Assembly (NCBI GenBank): GCA_021810345.1
Contig: JAJZIX010000003.1
Span: 1,111-65,110 of the forward strand
Direction of reading: 5' to 3'
Source: Nanobdellota archaeon
GTDB lineage: Archaea; Nanobdellota; Nanobdellia; Parvarchaeales; Parvarchaeaceae
DNA: 64,000 nucleotides
Part shown: in pieces, positions 10,179 to 19,897 of the stretch
How the letters are laid out: each line of letters opens with the position of its first letter
How positions within the stretch are numbered: position 1 is the stretch's first letter
The notes under the pieces: model-generated
The model's database searches: none
The model's input: the letters and a program-made list of their open reading frames with translations, nothing else
What the model was told of the DNA's origin: nothing
Position numbers and translations under genes: made by a program

Positions 10179-11281
10179 TGGAAGAAGTTATAACAGTGCA
10201 CTATGACGAGATCGCCTTAAAGGGCAAAAACAGGCCTGTTTTCCAGAGAAAGCTTATAGACAACATAGTCGAGAAGGTGGGCGCGAAAACTGAGCTGAGA
10301 GAGAGCAGGCTAATCATCCATAATGCAGATGCAGAGGCGTATGAGAAGCTCAGGCTTACACCAGGAGTCTCATGGTATGCGAAGGGACTCGTTATGGAGC
10401 GCGATTACAACAAACTTGAGGAAGTCTTAAAGGATTTAGTGTCCATGTCACCAGAAAGGAATCTTAACCTGGATGTTAAGAGGGCCGATAAAGGGTTCGA
10501 GGACACATCGCTTGAGCTTAAGGGGCGGCTATGTAAAAACCTTAGAATAAAGCTGGACAAATCCGCCAGGAAAGTAAGAGTGGACATAATGCACGACCTG
10601 TTTATAATAAATTATGATATAGAGAGGGGAATCGGTGGCCTGCCAGTCGGCACGGCCGGGAAGGTAATATCGCTTTTCTCCGGCGGGATAGACTCGGCAG
10701 TAGCACCAATAGAGATAATGAAAAGAGGGGCGAAAGTGGACTTGCTTCATGTCTACGCGCTACCCTCGCACGAAGCAGCGTTAAACCAGAAGATAAACAG
10801 GCTTGCAAGCAGGATTGCAGAAGTCGGTGGCCTGGACCTTTACCTAGTTCCTTTCCACGTTTTCAGCATGAAAACCATCGATGTGAATTCAAGGTATGAG
10901 CTGGTGCTGTTCAAGAGATTCCTGCTGAAGCTTGCAGATTCAATAGCGCGCAACTACGGATACAAAGCGATATGCTCCGGCGATGCACTGTCCCAGGTCG
11001 CCTCGCAGACCCTTGACAATATAAATGCAGTAAGCTATGGTATAGACACTCCTGTGCTGAGGCCGTTGATTGGCTATAACAAGGAAGAGATAATACTGAA
11101 AGCAAAGCGTTATGGCACGTATGATATCTCCATAGAAGATTACAAGGACTGCTGCTCGATAACATCAAGGAACCCCGCCACATCAGCTAAAAGAGAGAAG
11201 CTGGAGGAAATCGAGAAAAAGGTCGATATGGACGCGATAGTGGAGAAGAGCATCGAGAAAATAAACGTAAAAACCTACTAA
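10178..11281 (+). CDS. thiI: tRNA 4-thiouridine synthase ThiI (no rhodanese domain)
   Basis: HYDEIALKGKNR, GGLPVGTAGK, SGGIDS PP-loop, GDALSQVASQT, RPLIG, DCC. Confidence 0.95.
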   Translation: MEEVITVHYDEIALKGKNRPVFQRKLIDNIVEKVGAKTELRESRLIIHNADAEAYEKLRLTPGVSWYAKGLVMERDYNKLEEVLKDLVSMSPERNLNLDVKRADKGFEDTSLELKGRLCKNLRIKLDKSARKVRVDIMHDLFIINYDIERGIGGLPVGTAGKVISLFSGGIDSAVAPIEIMKRGAKVDLLHVYALPSHEAALNQKINRLASRIAEVGGLDLYLVPFHVFSMKTIDVNSRYELVLFKRFLLKLADSIARNYGYKAICSGDALSQVASQTLDNINAVSYGIDTPVLRPLIGYNKEEIILKAKRYGTYDISIEDYKDCCSITSRNPATSAKREKLEEIEKKVDMDAIVEKSIEKINVKTY

Positions 11282-11289
11282 TCCACTTA

Positions 11290-12099
11290 TTAGAGATGCC
11301 TCACATAATCATAGATGAACAGCTGAGCGTACCCTGCGTACCTGCCGAAGTAATCTGACATCGCCTTGCGCTTGCTTTTGTAGCTTTTTAGTCCTTTCAA
11401 AAGGTGTGGATAATTGTTGCTCAGCGCCCTCAGTATCCACACATCCATCGGGAAGGCTGAGAGATCGTGCAGACCATAGAGCATTGTGCAGTCTAGCACT
11501 TTATCGCCCACCCCAAGTATATTCGAGAGACTCTCCCGAAGCTCATCCACAGACATGTCCTCCGAAATCTCATGAGAATAAAAGTAATCGGCCGCTGAAA
11601 GAACAAAGCGTGACCTGAATCCCAGCTTGACCCGCTCAAGCTTGTCCTTCCCACCGTCATGTACTGATTGGTAGCTCGGGAAGCTGTTCAGCTCTATCCC
11701 ACTTACAGACGATCCAGATCCATACAGCTTTGATAATGTCTTTATCCTTTTAGTGATCAGCGGGATGTTGGACTGGATTGACAGTATAAAACTCAGAGTG
11801 GATGGCCAAAGCCCGTCTTTTACTACACGCAGGCCGTATGAGTATGAAATCGCTCTGTCAATAAAGTCGTCCTTGTCTATCTCTGCCTTTATCCCCTCAA
11901 TATCATCATCTAGACCGAGCATTTGCTTGACCTCCATCTCAGATGCACCAGAAAATTCGATTTCTCCGCTTGGTTTCTGTTTTAGAAGGATTGGTTTCTT
12001 GAAAAAGGAGCACCAGGATCCATTTACTTTTGACCAGCCGAACGTCTGACCGGCCAGCAGGGTCTTATCCAGCAAAAATCCAGTGGTTTTAAGTTCCAT
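11290..12099 (-). CDS. 8-oxoguanine DNA glycosylase/AP lyase (OGG1-type, HhH-GPD)
   Basis: LDKTLLAGQTFGW, SFILSIQSNIPLI, LGFR, GVGDKVLDC, AFPMDVW, FGRYAGYAQLFIY. Confidence 0.88.
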   Translation of the reverse strand: MELKTTGFLLDKTLLAGQTFGWSKVNGSWCSFFKKPILLKQKPSGEIEFSGASEMEVKQMLGLDDDIEGIKAEIDKDDFIDRAISYSYGLRVVKDGLWPSTLSFILSIQSNIPLITKRIKTLSKLYGSGSSVSGIELNSFPSYQSVHDGGKDKLERVKLGFRSRFVLSAADYFYSHEISEDMSVDELRESLSNILGVGDKVLDCTMLYGLHDLSAFPMDVWILRALSNNYPHLLKGLKSYKSKRKAMSDYFGRYAGYAQLFIYDYVRHL

Positions 12100-12145
12100 G
12101 CCGCGCCTTTAAAATGTATAAATATGATGAAATTTCCGTATATTA

Positions 12146-13525
12146 ATGGCTTCTGGAGACTCGACTATAGACAAACAGTCTCTACTTGAGGGGATTTTAG
12201 ACGGTTCTATCAACACGTCCTCTTTGGACCAGGAATACGGCTATCTTGAGAGCTATCTATCGTATATAAATCCAAAGAAAGCAGCCAAACACTACGGAAA
12301 ATATGGTCTGAAGCGCTATTATGCCGAAGCACTGAACATAGATCTAGATTATATAGACTTAAAACCAAAAAATAAACACGAGATTCTCTCACCAATCAAG
12401 AGGGGCCTCAGCAGCCTCATAAACTGGACGGTTTTCCTGCCTCTTAAGCTGTTTTCAAAAACGTATGATTACGTCCTAAGAAAAACAAACAACCATCTTG
12501 CTGCAAGCGCGACTGCGACATCTAGCCTGGCCTTCTCATTGGATTTTTACCTGCTTGACGCTTATTCTTACCTATCTGCTCCAGTTTATACCTCCAGTGC
12601 GTTCTCATCAATATTCATCGACTCTATGGAGAGCGGTCTTCCATATGTATTCGCGGCCGCTGCTGTAACAGGGGCAGCATCTTCACTGTTATCACTCGGG
12701 CTTGTGGGCCTGCAGAAGCTAATGTTTAGGACAAAAAAGATAAACCAAGATGAGTTAGAGAATGATATAAGAGACTTGACTAATAAATTTTATTCCTCAT
12801 GGAGAAAATATGAGGCTCTTGTATCGAACTACAACATAGAGGATGTTGACATAAATATGCTTGATGCGGTCTACTCCATGGTAACATCCAAAATGAGTCT
12901 GCCAGCTGTCGACATAAAAGACCATGACTACGATATAATACCATCAATATCTAAAGCCATTGGAAAAACCGCATATCCGGACAGCATAATACACCACTGC
13001 CCGGCTTCAATCGGCGGCGCCACAATCATCCCTATGGGCGCTTTGGGTTATTTTATGAGAAAGCACATTTATAACTTTGTATTTGTGAACAAGCTGCGTG
13101 CATATGCAGCACCAAACTATGATTTTCCAGTTGCGCACGAACTGGCGCATGCTTCGGGTCATTTGACTGAATCTATGGCGAATGCCTACGCCATGAGGTC
13201 AATGAAACACCTCAATGAGGAATACCCAATGCAAGGGTATGACCTATTCATGCTTTCAAACGGACTTGCCTTCGCTGTGGGTGCACTAAAGCACATTTTA
13301 AAGGACGAAGATGAATTCAATGAAAAATTAAACGAATTTAAAGTACCAAAATTCATACACGATGTGATAATGTCGGATGATTACTCATACTTCTCCCCAG
13401 TGCCGCAGCTCTACAAGCTTAACAAAAAGTTCTCGCTTGAGAAAGCTTTTATCGGGCTTTACATCACCGGCGCTTATATTGCGATTAAAAAATTGGAGAA
13501 AAAGACCGGGGAAAGTTTTTATTAA
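12146..13525 (+). CDS. hypothetical membrane-anchored zincin-like metalloprotein (DUF3810-like HExxH)
   Basis: VAHELAHASGHLTESMAN (HExxH...E) in the C-terminal half; hydrophobic helices at about aa 120-190. Confidence 0.6.
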   Translation: MASGDSTIDKQSLLEGILDGSINTSSLDQEYGYLESYLSYINPKKAAKHYGKYGLKRYYAEALNIDLDYIDLKPKNKHEILSPIKRGLSSLINWTVFLPLKLFSKTYDYVLRKTNNHLAASATATSSLAFSLDFYLLDAYSYLSAPVYTSSAFSSIFIDSMESGLPYVFAAAAVTGAASSLLSLGLVGLQKLMFRTKKINQDELENDIRDLTNKFYSSWRKYEALVSNYNIEDVDINMLDAVYSMVTSKMSLPAVDIKDHDYDIIPSISKAIGKTAYPDSIIHHCPASIGGATIIPMGALGYFMRKHIYNFVFVNKLRAYAAPNYDFPVAHELAHASGHLTESMANAYAMRSMKHLNEEYPMQGYDLFMLSNGLAFAVGALKHILKDEDEFNEKLNEFKVPKFIHDVIMSDDYSYFSPVPQLYKLNKKFSLEKAFIGLYITGAYIAIKKLEKKTGESFY

Positions 13526-13547
13526 CTGAGTACTTTATTAATGAATT

Positions 13548-13631
13548 GCTGGGTTAGCCAAGCGGTCGACGGCGCCGGTCTTGAAAACCGGTTGGCGAAA
13601 GCCTCCGCAGGTTCGAATCCTGCACCCAGCG
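13548..13631 (+). tRNA. tRNA-Ser(TGA)
   Basis: GCTGGGT/ACCCAGC acceptor stem, CCGGT-CTTGAAA-ACCGG anticodon arm, long variable arm, GCAGG-TTCGAAT-CCTGC T arm, G discriminator. Confidence 0.95.
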
Positions 13632-13650
13632 AGTTTATCCTATCTAAGAA

Positions 13651-13983
13651 TCAGATATCGTCCAATATACTTTTGCGCGAAACCCTTAGCCCCTCGAATA
13701 TCACTCCTGCCCTTGACAGCTTCATCCTTTTCTGCGCAGAAGTCCTGCTGTTGCTTTTGCCATTGATGGTATATCCACCGACCGACCCATCTGATCTGAC
13801 CACTCTGAAGCAGGGGTATTTTTCCGGATGGTCGTTTCTGCTAAGTATGAAGCCGACGTATCTCGGGCTGATCCCCAGTTTTCTGGATATGGCCCCGTAG
13901 GTCACTACTTTGCCATTTGGTATTTTTCTCAGTATTCTGTAAACATCTTTGTATGGATCTTTACTTTTTTTCGCCATATACAC
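13651..13983 (-). CDS. O6-alkylguanine-DNA alkyltransferase family protein (single C-terminal domain)
   Basis: IPNGKVVTYGAIS...PRYVG...YPCFRVVRSDGSVGGY. Confidence 0.88.
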   Translation of the reverse strand: MYMAKKSKDPYKDVYRILRKIPNGKVVTYGAISRKLGISPRYVGFILSRNDHPEKYPCFRVVRSDGSVGGYTINGKSNSRTSAQKRMKLSRAGVIFEGLRVSRKSILDDI

Positions 13984-14656
13984 TGTCTAGGACCTCCTGC
14001 TCTGTTAGAAGATCCTGTTTTCCCAATTTTAGGAACCAGTTGTTTATGTTATTTATATCCCTTGTAAGATATTCCTTCGTCAAGCTGGTAAGCTTGAGTG
14101 ACTGTGAGAAGTCTATAAGATATGGCTTGGAATCAAAATTCAGGATATTGTATGGGCTCAGGTCGCCGTGTATCATGCCACTTTTTCCCATCTTTATTAT
14201 GAAGCCGATTATGTCCTTATACCATTCTTCCAGGTCAAAATTCGAATCCTTTATAGCAGAGGCAGCCGGCACACTATTGAAGCCGACGAATCCCATTACT
14301 ATCAGATTTTTGTAGAGCCCTATTGGTTTTGGCGCCCTGACACCAGAGTTGAAAGCCCTTTCAAGCGATTTGTATTCGTACCTGGTCCAATCATCTATTG
14401 TGTTGAGGAATCCACCGCTTTTTATGCCCCTAAGGGACAGGTATGAGGGTATCTCCTTAAATGACTGGATGTTGTGCCTGTGTATCTTCACAGCCACTTC
14501 ATACCCATGCACATCCTTGCTGTAGAAAACATAAGATTCCTTTCCAGTACCTATGGGCCCTATTAGCTCTGTTATCAGCCCGTCACTAGTGAGCTTCACT
14601 ATGTTCCTTAGTGTATGCTGGTCGAATACGTGCAAAAATGTCTTATTTTCTTGCAT
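13961..14656 (-). CDS. rio1: RIO1-family serine kinase
   Basis: [34 protein letters not shown]. Confidence 0.9.
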   Translation of the reverse strand: MQENKTFLHVFDQHTLRNIVKLTSDGLITELIGPIGTGKESYVFYSKDVHGYEVAVKIHRHNIQSFKEIPSYLSLRGIKSGGFLNTIDDWTRYEYKSLERAFNSGVRAPKPIGLYKNLIVMGFVGFNSVPAASAIKDSNFDLEEWYKDIIGFIIKMGKSGMIHGDLSPYNILNFDSKPYLIDFSQSLKLTSLTKEYLTRDINNINNWFLKLGKQDLLTEQEVLDSVYGEKK

Positions 14657-16565
14657 AATGTTTCGACAACGCAGCGTTTATTGAGGATATCAGCTTTTTC
14701 TTGGCCGCGCTGTCTGGCATCGAGTACTTCACCACATCCGCTATCGTTGAAACCGGCAAGACCTTGATTATATGTGGATCCGATAGGATGAGATCGTTTA
14801 CATTCGAGGAGGGTATTATTACCTCCTTTATTCCTGCGTTTATGGCGGCTTCTACCTTTGCGGTTATCCCGCCCACTGGCAGAACCTCTCCCAAAATGGA
14901 TAGCGAGCCCGTCATAGCGAGCGATTGCTTTATAGGTATGCCGGTAATTGCAGACAGGATGCTTACAGCAACACTTATGCTTGCACTGTCGCCTTCAACC
15001 CCCGAGTAAGCTTGAAGAAACTGGATGTGTATATCATAGTCGGTAAGTGGCTTGTTCGAGTAAGATTTTATGACAGCTGATACGTTCTTCACTGCTTCCT
15101 GTGCTATTTCCCCAAGCTTGCCGGTCGCTATTATCTCCCCACTGCCCTTTCTCATGCTCCTTGTCGTTATGGCTTCTATTGGGAGCAGAAGGCCTGAATC
15201 AGAATTTTCTATTACGGCGAGCCCGTTAACCCTTCCTATGCGGGATCCAGTTATCTGTATCACATCGTATGCTTTCTTGTCCTGTATATACTTGGACGCG
15301 ATCTGCTGTTCGAATGAAACGGCATAGTTCTTCGCGTCTAGGACGTCCTGCTTCGTCACTACTTTGTGTTTTCGCTCTACGGCAATATCGCCTGCAACCC
15401 TGACTATGCCGCCAAGCTCCCTCAGTTTAAGCGTCAATGAATTCTTCTTGTCAGATTTTCTCCTTGCTTCGTTAACTATTTCGATTGCAGCTTCCCTTGA
15501 GAAGTGTGGTATCTTCTTGTCTTTGCTGACTTCCTGGGCGATGAAACGAGCAATCTTATCCCTGTTCTCAAGCGTATCTGGCATGGTTTCGTTCATATAT
15601 ATCTCATAACCATATCCTCTTATCCTTGACCTTAAAGCAGGACTCATGTTTGATATAGATTGCGGGTTACCTGCCCCCACCAATATAAAGTCGCATGGAA
15701 CCGGGTTCGTTTTTACCATCGCTCCAGCGCTTCTCTCGCTCCTACCGGTTATACTGACTTTTTTGTCCTGCATCGCGGTCAAAAGCTGTATCTGCGTTTC
15801 CGGGGTTAAGTTAGCAATCTCATCTATGAAAAGCACGCCACCGTTTGCCTTGTGGATATCACCAAGTACAACTCTCTCATGGGCTGGAGTTCCAAGCCCA
15901 CCAGACTGAAATGGATCGTGCTGCACGTCTCCTAAAAGGGCCCCTTCTTTCGCCCCTGTGGAATCGACAAAAGGAGCGTGCTTTACACCTGAATTATCTA
16001 GAAGGAGCTTAGGCAGAGATACCATCATTCTTGGCTTTCCGACCCTGTATATCAATAACACTAAAAGGAAGCCTATAAGCATGGTTATGATGAAAAGAGT
16101 CCCGGATATCTGGTTTGCTGCGGCTAGGACGTCATTCTTTTGGCTTGACACAAGCATACTGACGATATAGCTTGCTATGAAAAATGCAACAAGAAAACCT
16201 AGGAATATTATCATACTGTTGCCATTGCTGAAGGAGGACATGCTTTTTGCCTTGGCCTGGCTGACTATTTTCTTGCCTTCTCCTGCTGGCACTGTCTTTA
16301 TTATCGGCTCATTCTCATCCTTTGGGTTTGGAAAAGACAAGATATCGACAAGCTTCTCCGATGGAAGAAGCTCGGAAAGTGCTTGACCAAGCATGCTTTT
16401 ACCGGTTCCGGGACTGCCGACTAGAAGCACATTTCTCCTCTGGATGGAGGCTTTCTTTATTATTTCTACCGCCCTCTCCTGGCCAATCACTTGGTCCACC
16501 ACCCTTTGTGGTACCTTTATCTCATCTGTAGACTTAAAGTCAGCACTAAAAATCTTCTCCACCAT
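14643..16565 (-). CDS. lonB: archaeal membrane-bound ATP-dependent protease LonB
   Basis: [15 protein letters not shown], two TM helices, [23 protein letters not shown] (catalytic Ser), GGITAK (Lys); no intein. Confidence 0.96.
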   Translation of the reverse strand: MVEKIFSADFKSTDEIKVPQRVVDQVIGQERAVEIIKKASIQRRNVLLVGSPGTGKSMLGQALSELLPSEKLVDILSFPNPKDENEPIIKTVPAGEGKKIVSQAKAKSMSSFSNGNSMIIFLGFLVAFFIASYIVSMLVSSQKNDVLAAANQISGTLFIITMLIGFLLVLLIYRVGKPRMMVSLPKLLLDNSGVKHAPFVDSTGAKEGALLGDVQHDPFQSGGLGTPAHERVVLGDIHKANGGVLFIDEIANLTPETQIQLLTAMQDKKVSITGRSERSAGAMVKTNPVPCDFILVGAGNPQSISNMSPALRSRIRGYGYEIYMNETMPDTLENRDKIARFIAQEVSKDKKIPHFSREAAIEIVNEARRKSDKKNSLTLKLRELGGIVRVAGDIAVERKHKVVTKQDVLDAKNYAVSFEQQIASKYIQDKKAYDVIQITGSRIGRVNGLAVIENSDSGLLLPIEAITTRSMRKGSGEIIATGKLGEIAQEAVKNVSAVIKSYSNKPLTDYDIHIQFLQAYSGVEGDSASISVAVSILSAITGIPIKQSLAMTGSLSILGEVLPVGGITAKVEAAINAGIKEVIIPSSNVNDLILSDPHIIKVLPVSTIADVVKYSMPDSAAKKKLISSINAALSKHYARK

Positions 16566-16618
16566 ACACTAAATGATATACCCGACAATTTATATATTAA
16601 TCAGCACAAAGAAGGCAC

Positions 16619-16903
16619 TTATACTTCTTCCTGCTGTGGAGTCTCGGCCTCTGACTGCGCCGAAACTATACTTGAAATTATGAATATGTCGCCTATTGCT
16701 CTCACAAGGCTGTGCTGTATTATCGCACCTCTTGCGCCTTTTATCATCTTTGAAAGGTTGGATGAAGGGCTTGCGCGTATCCTCCAGCTGACTATCCTGT
16801 TATCCTGTATTATGGCCTCATCGACCTCTCCAAAGTATGTTCCGCTGTCGGTGTAAACCTTAAGCCCGTAAGTGTCAGTTATATTTTTTAATTTCAATGC
16901 CAT
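16619..16903 (-). CDS. PRC-barrel domain protein (CdpB-like, candidate cell-division protein)
   Basis: YGLKVYTDSGTYFGEVDE...GARGAIIQHSLVRAIGDIFII, the archaeal single PRC-barrel pattern. Confidence 0.8.
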   Translation of the reverse strand: MALKLKNITDTYGLKVYTDSGTYFGEVDEAIIQDNRIVSWRIRASPSSNLSKMIKGARGAIIQHSLVRAIGDIFIISSIVSAQSEAETPQQEEV

Positions 16904-16956
16904 AATTCTAACTGTCTTTTTTTACTTAAATACCTATCTATCAGACAAAATTTTAG

Positions 16957-19008
16957 TCAAACGAATATCTTAAAGTCGACTGCGATGACCCTATTTTTGA
17001 ATACCAGCAGAGGGTTCAAGTCCACATCCTTTACCTGCGGATTTGCATCCATGAAGTGCGACAATTTCAGCACATAATCGATTATCTCATTGAAAATTGC
17101 CGGCTCCACTGCCTTCGATAGAATTTTGCCTATTTTTGATTCACGAAGATTGGATATGTCCTTGTCAGAAATCGGCGACAGGACAAACTCTGTCTCATTT
17201 ATATCGTTCGCGTAGACGCCCCCAAGTCCAAGTCCCGTCATCGGACCAAATTGAGGGTCCCTATGGGCACCAAGAAGGATCTCAAGTGGCGCTTCCCCGA
17301 ATTTATTCGCATCCTCATACAGTTCATATCTGTACTTCTTTACGCCTTCGCTCGCCATATTTGCATCCATAAGCCCCACGGCCTTGACAAGCTGATCCTG
17401 ATTCATTATAGCGGGTATCACTCCACCGACCCTGCTTTTGTGCGGTATATTATCAGAGGATACCTTGAGGACGCAAGGGTAGCCTATTTTCACTGCGGCC
17501 TTCAAAACGTCTTTTTTCTTCTCTATGATTGCGCCTGCTGCCGTCGAGAAATCCATAGCCTCAAAGATTTTCTTAGCTGGCATGCCAAACAAATTTTTGC
17601 TTATATTCGCTTTCCTAATCTTATACTTTTTCGATTCATAGAGCCTGAAAGTCGGCTCTTTGTGGGAGTAGTATGTGTATACTCCTTTTATAACGTCAAC
17701 TGCTTCGTTTGGATAGGAGTAGATCGGCATCCCTTTCTCAAGAAGGTAGCGCCTTGCTCTCTCCACACGCGTTCCACCGAGAAAAACCGATAGGATGGGG
17801 ATAGCTGGATTGCGCAGGTGTGCCTCGTATATCTCTTTTGCAGTTTCTATCGGCATCGACATCTCCTGCGGTGAGAAGATGACTATTATCGGTTTTTTCA
17901 ACTTTGTAAGAATATTCAAGGTGTCCTTGTACCTGTCTGGAGTAGCGTCCCCCACTATATCCACAGGATTGTGTATATTGGCTTCGGGCGGAAGAGCGGA
18001 CTTTAAATCTGAAGTGGTTTTCTGGTCAAACTGCGCAAGCTCCAATCCTGCCTGATTTATGTGGTCTGCAGTTACTACGCCACCTCCACCGGCATTTGTT
18101 ATTATTATTATTTCCTTGCTTTCAATCTTCAATGTCGGTGTATCGCGCATCAGGTTGAAAAGGTCGTCTATGTTGTTGACGGAGATGACTCCTGCCTTGT
18201 TGAATGCAAGCTCATATACTTTGTAATTACCCGCCAGCGAACCTGTGTGGGAAGCAACAGCCGAAGCCGTAGAATCGAATTTTCCCCCCTTAAGCGCCAA
18301 TATCGGCTTATTTTTTGAGAATTCAGTGACGGATTTCATGAACTTTTTGGCATCCTTAAGGCCCTCAAGATAAATGGCCATTATTTTTGTTTTTTCATCG
18401 TTCTTCAGTGCATCCATTATATCCGCTTCATCCAGATCGATTGCGTTGCCTATGCTGAATATCTTACTAAAGCCTATATTGTTCACGGAAGCATCGTCGA
18501 CTACTGCACTTAGAATCGCCCCACTCTGTGATATGAAGCCCGCTGCGCCCTTTAGAACTTTGGAGCTAGGATCTATGAACGTTGCGTTGAACGGGGGATC
18601 AGTGTTTATTATTCCAAGGCAGTTCGGTCCAACCACCCTTATTTTTGCCTTGTTAAGGAACGAGCGTATCTCTTTTTCCATCTTTGCGCCTTCTCCACCA
18701 ACTTCCGAGAAGCCGGCGCTGACTATTATTGCAAGGCCGATTTTCTTCCTCTCGCATTCCTTCAATACCTTCAGAACTGACTCCGCAGGCACAGAAATCA
18801 CTGCAATATCTATGTTGTCCTTGACATTAAGTACTGATTTATAAGCCTTCAAGCTCTGGAGCTCATCCGTTTGGTTGTTTATTGGGTAAATCTGACCTCT
18901 AAAACCCAAAATTAAGTTTTTTAGTATCGCGCTTCCTACTTTATTCGGGTTTCTAGATGCACCGATAACTGCTATTGACCTCGGTTCTAAAGTTTTTATC
19001 AGATCCAT
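16957..19008 (-). CDS. acetate--CoA ligase (ADP-forming), fused alpha/beta
   Basis: PRSIAVIGASR, GPNCLG, SQSGA, SHTGSLAG phospho-His, NAGGGG, NPVD, C-terminal ATP-grasp (RDPQFGP, DLNPL). Confidence 0.93.
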   Translation of the reverse strand: MDLIKTLEPRSIAVIGASRNPNKVGSAILKNLILGFRGQIYPINNQTDELQSLKAYKSVLNVKDNIDIAVISVPAESVLKVLKECERKKIGLAIIVSAGFSEVGGEGAKMEKEIRSFLNKAKIRVVGPNCLGIINTDPPFNATFIDPSSKVLKGAAGFISQSGAILSAVVDDASVNNIGFSKIFSIGNAIDLDEADIMDALKNDEKTKIMAIYLEGLKDAKKFMKSVTEFSKNKPILALKGGKFDSTASAVASHTGSLAGNYKVYELAFNKAGVISVNNIDDLFNLMRDTPTLKIESKEIIIITNAGGGGVVTADHINQAGLELAQFDQKTTSDLKSALPPEANIHNPVDIVGDATPDRYKDTLNILTKLKKPIIVIFSPQEMSMPIETAKEIYEAHLRNPAIPILSVFLGGTRVERARRYLLEKGMPIYSYPNEAVDVIKGVYTYYSHKEPTFRLYESKKYKIRKANISKNLFGMPAKKIFEAMDFSTAAGAIIEKKKDVLKAAVKIGYPCVLKVSSDNIPHKSRVGGVIPAIMNQDQLVKAVGLMDANMASEGVKKYRYELYEDANKFGEAPLEILLGAHRDPQFGPMTGLGLGGVYANDINETEFVLSPISDKDISNLRESKIGKILSKAVEPAIFNEIIDYVLKLSHFMDANPQVKDVDLNPLLVFKNRVIAVDFKIFV

Positions 19009-19129
19009 ATGTCATATATATACTTTTCTATATTATATGTCTATCTTTTTGGGAGGAATTTACTATTTTATTAACTACATATAAATAGTATAACCACACG
19101 AATTAAATACTGGAAAAACAATAAAAAAT

Positions 19130-19567
19130 TTATTTCGCCCTGAATTCTTCCCACGAGACTCGATTGTTCTCGATAGCTGACTTTACTCCCTGCTCAGCCC
19201 TGCTAAGCCCAGAGTCGCCAGTCTTTACCTCAACAAACTTTATCTTTACATCGGTGTTCTTGCCTTCTCTGAAGTCTGAAAGCCCCTCAAAAATTATATA
19301 ATCTACAGGATTACCGAGAAAATGGAAATCTGAAAGGCTCCCAAACTGATTATACAGTAATGGAAAAAGCTGCTCACTTATCTTGCCTTTTATCACAGGC
19401 CTCTGCAGATCAAGTGATTTCGATACCTCTTTTTTCAGTTCTTCCTCCTTCCATTTTTCAAGTGCCTTCTTTGCAGCCCTACGTAAAAATAACATGGAGA
19501 ATAGAATAGATAGAGCAAAGAATATGGCTGCGCCCAGAATAAATCCAATCAACAAGCTGCTTGCCAT
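19130..19567 (-). CDS. membrane-anchored Holliday junction resolvase-like endonuclease (Endonuc_Holl family)
   Basis: N-terminal TM; RPVIKGKISEQLFP, FLGNPVDYIIFEGL, FVEVKTG PD-(D/E)xK motif. Confidence 0.85.
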   Translation of the reverse strand: MASSLLIGFILGAAIFFALSILFSMLFLRRAAKKALEKWKEEELKKEVSKSLDLQRPVIKGKISEQLFPLLYNQFGSLSDFHFLGNPVDYIIFEGLSDFREGKNTDVKIKFVEVKTGDSGLSRAEQGVKSAIENNRVSWEEFRAK

Positions 19568-19822
19568 AGTGATTTATGGATTTGAATGTATAAAGCCTTT
19601 TGGCCTTTAAAAGCAATCTATCGTAGTAAACGAGAAAACTCACATGTTTTAGTAGTTAGATAAAATGAATGCAAAAAATAGAAAACATAAATAGCAGAGA
19701 AGACAAAACAAGCGTATGAGAAACAGAAATCCTCTCAGCGGCGAATAGCTGCGGGAGCCTATCAATTTGTTGAGGATAGCAGTAAAAAAGTATAAATGAA
19801 GTTAGCTTGTAATTAAGGTATG

Positions 19823-19894
19823 GTCGGGGTAGTACAGCGGTAGTACGCCGCCCTCATGAGGCGGAGGTCGGGAGTTCAAATCTCCCCCCCGACA
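19823..19894 (+). tRNA. tRNA-Met(CAT), probably elongator
   Basis: GTCGGGG/CCCCGAC acceptor stem, GTAC/GTAC D stem, CCGCC-CTCATGA-GGCGG anticodon arm, GGGAG-TTCAAAT-CTCCC T arm, A73; lacks initiator hallmarks. Confidence 0.9.
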
Positions 19895-19897
19895 TTT

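Noticed and set aside
13541-13900. Plus-strand 119-aa and 61-aa ORFs
   Set aside because: They overlap tRNA-Ser and run antisense to the alkyltransferase gene.
19649-19765. 38-codon hydrophobic minus-strand ORF (TTG start) and weak hairpins in the intergenic gap
   Set aside because: An A-rich plus strand gives Phe/Leu codons by chance; no clear start signal or recognisable RNA family.
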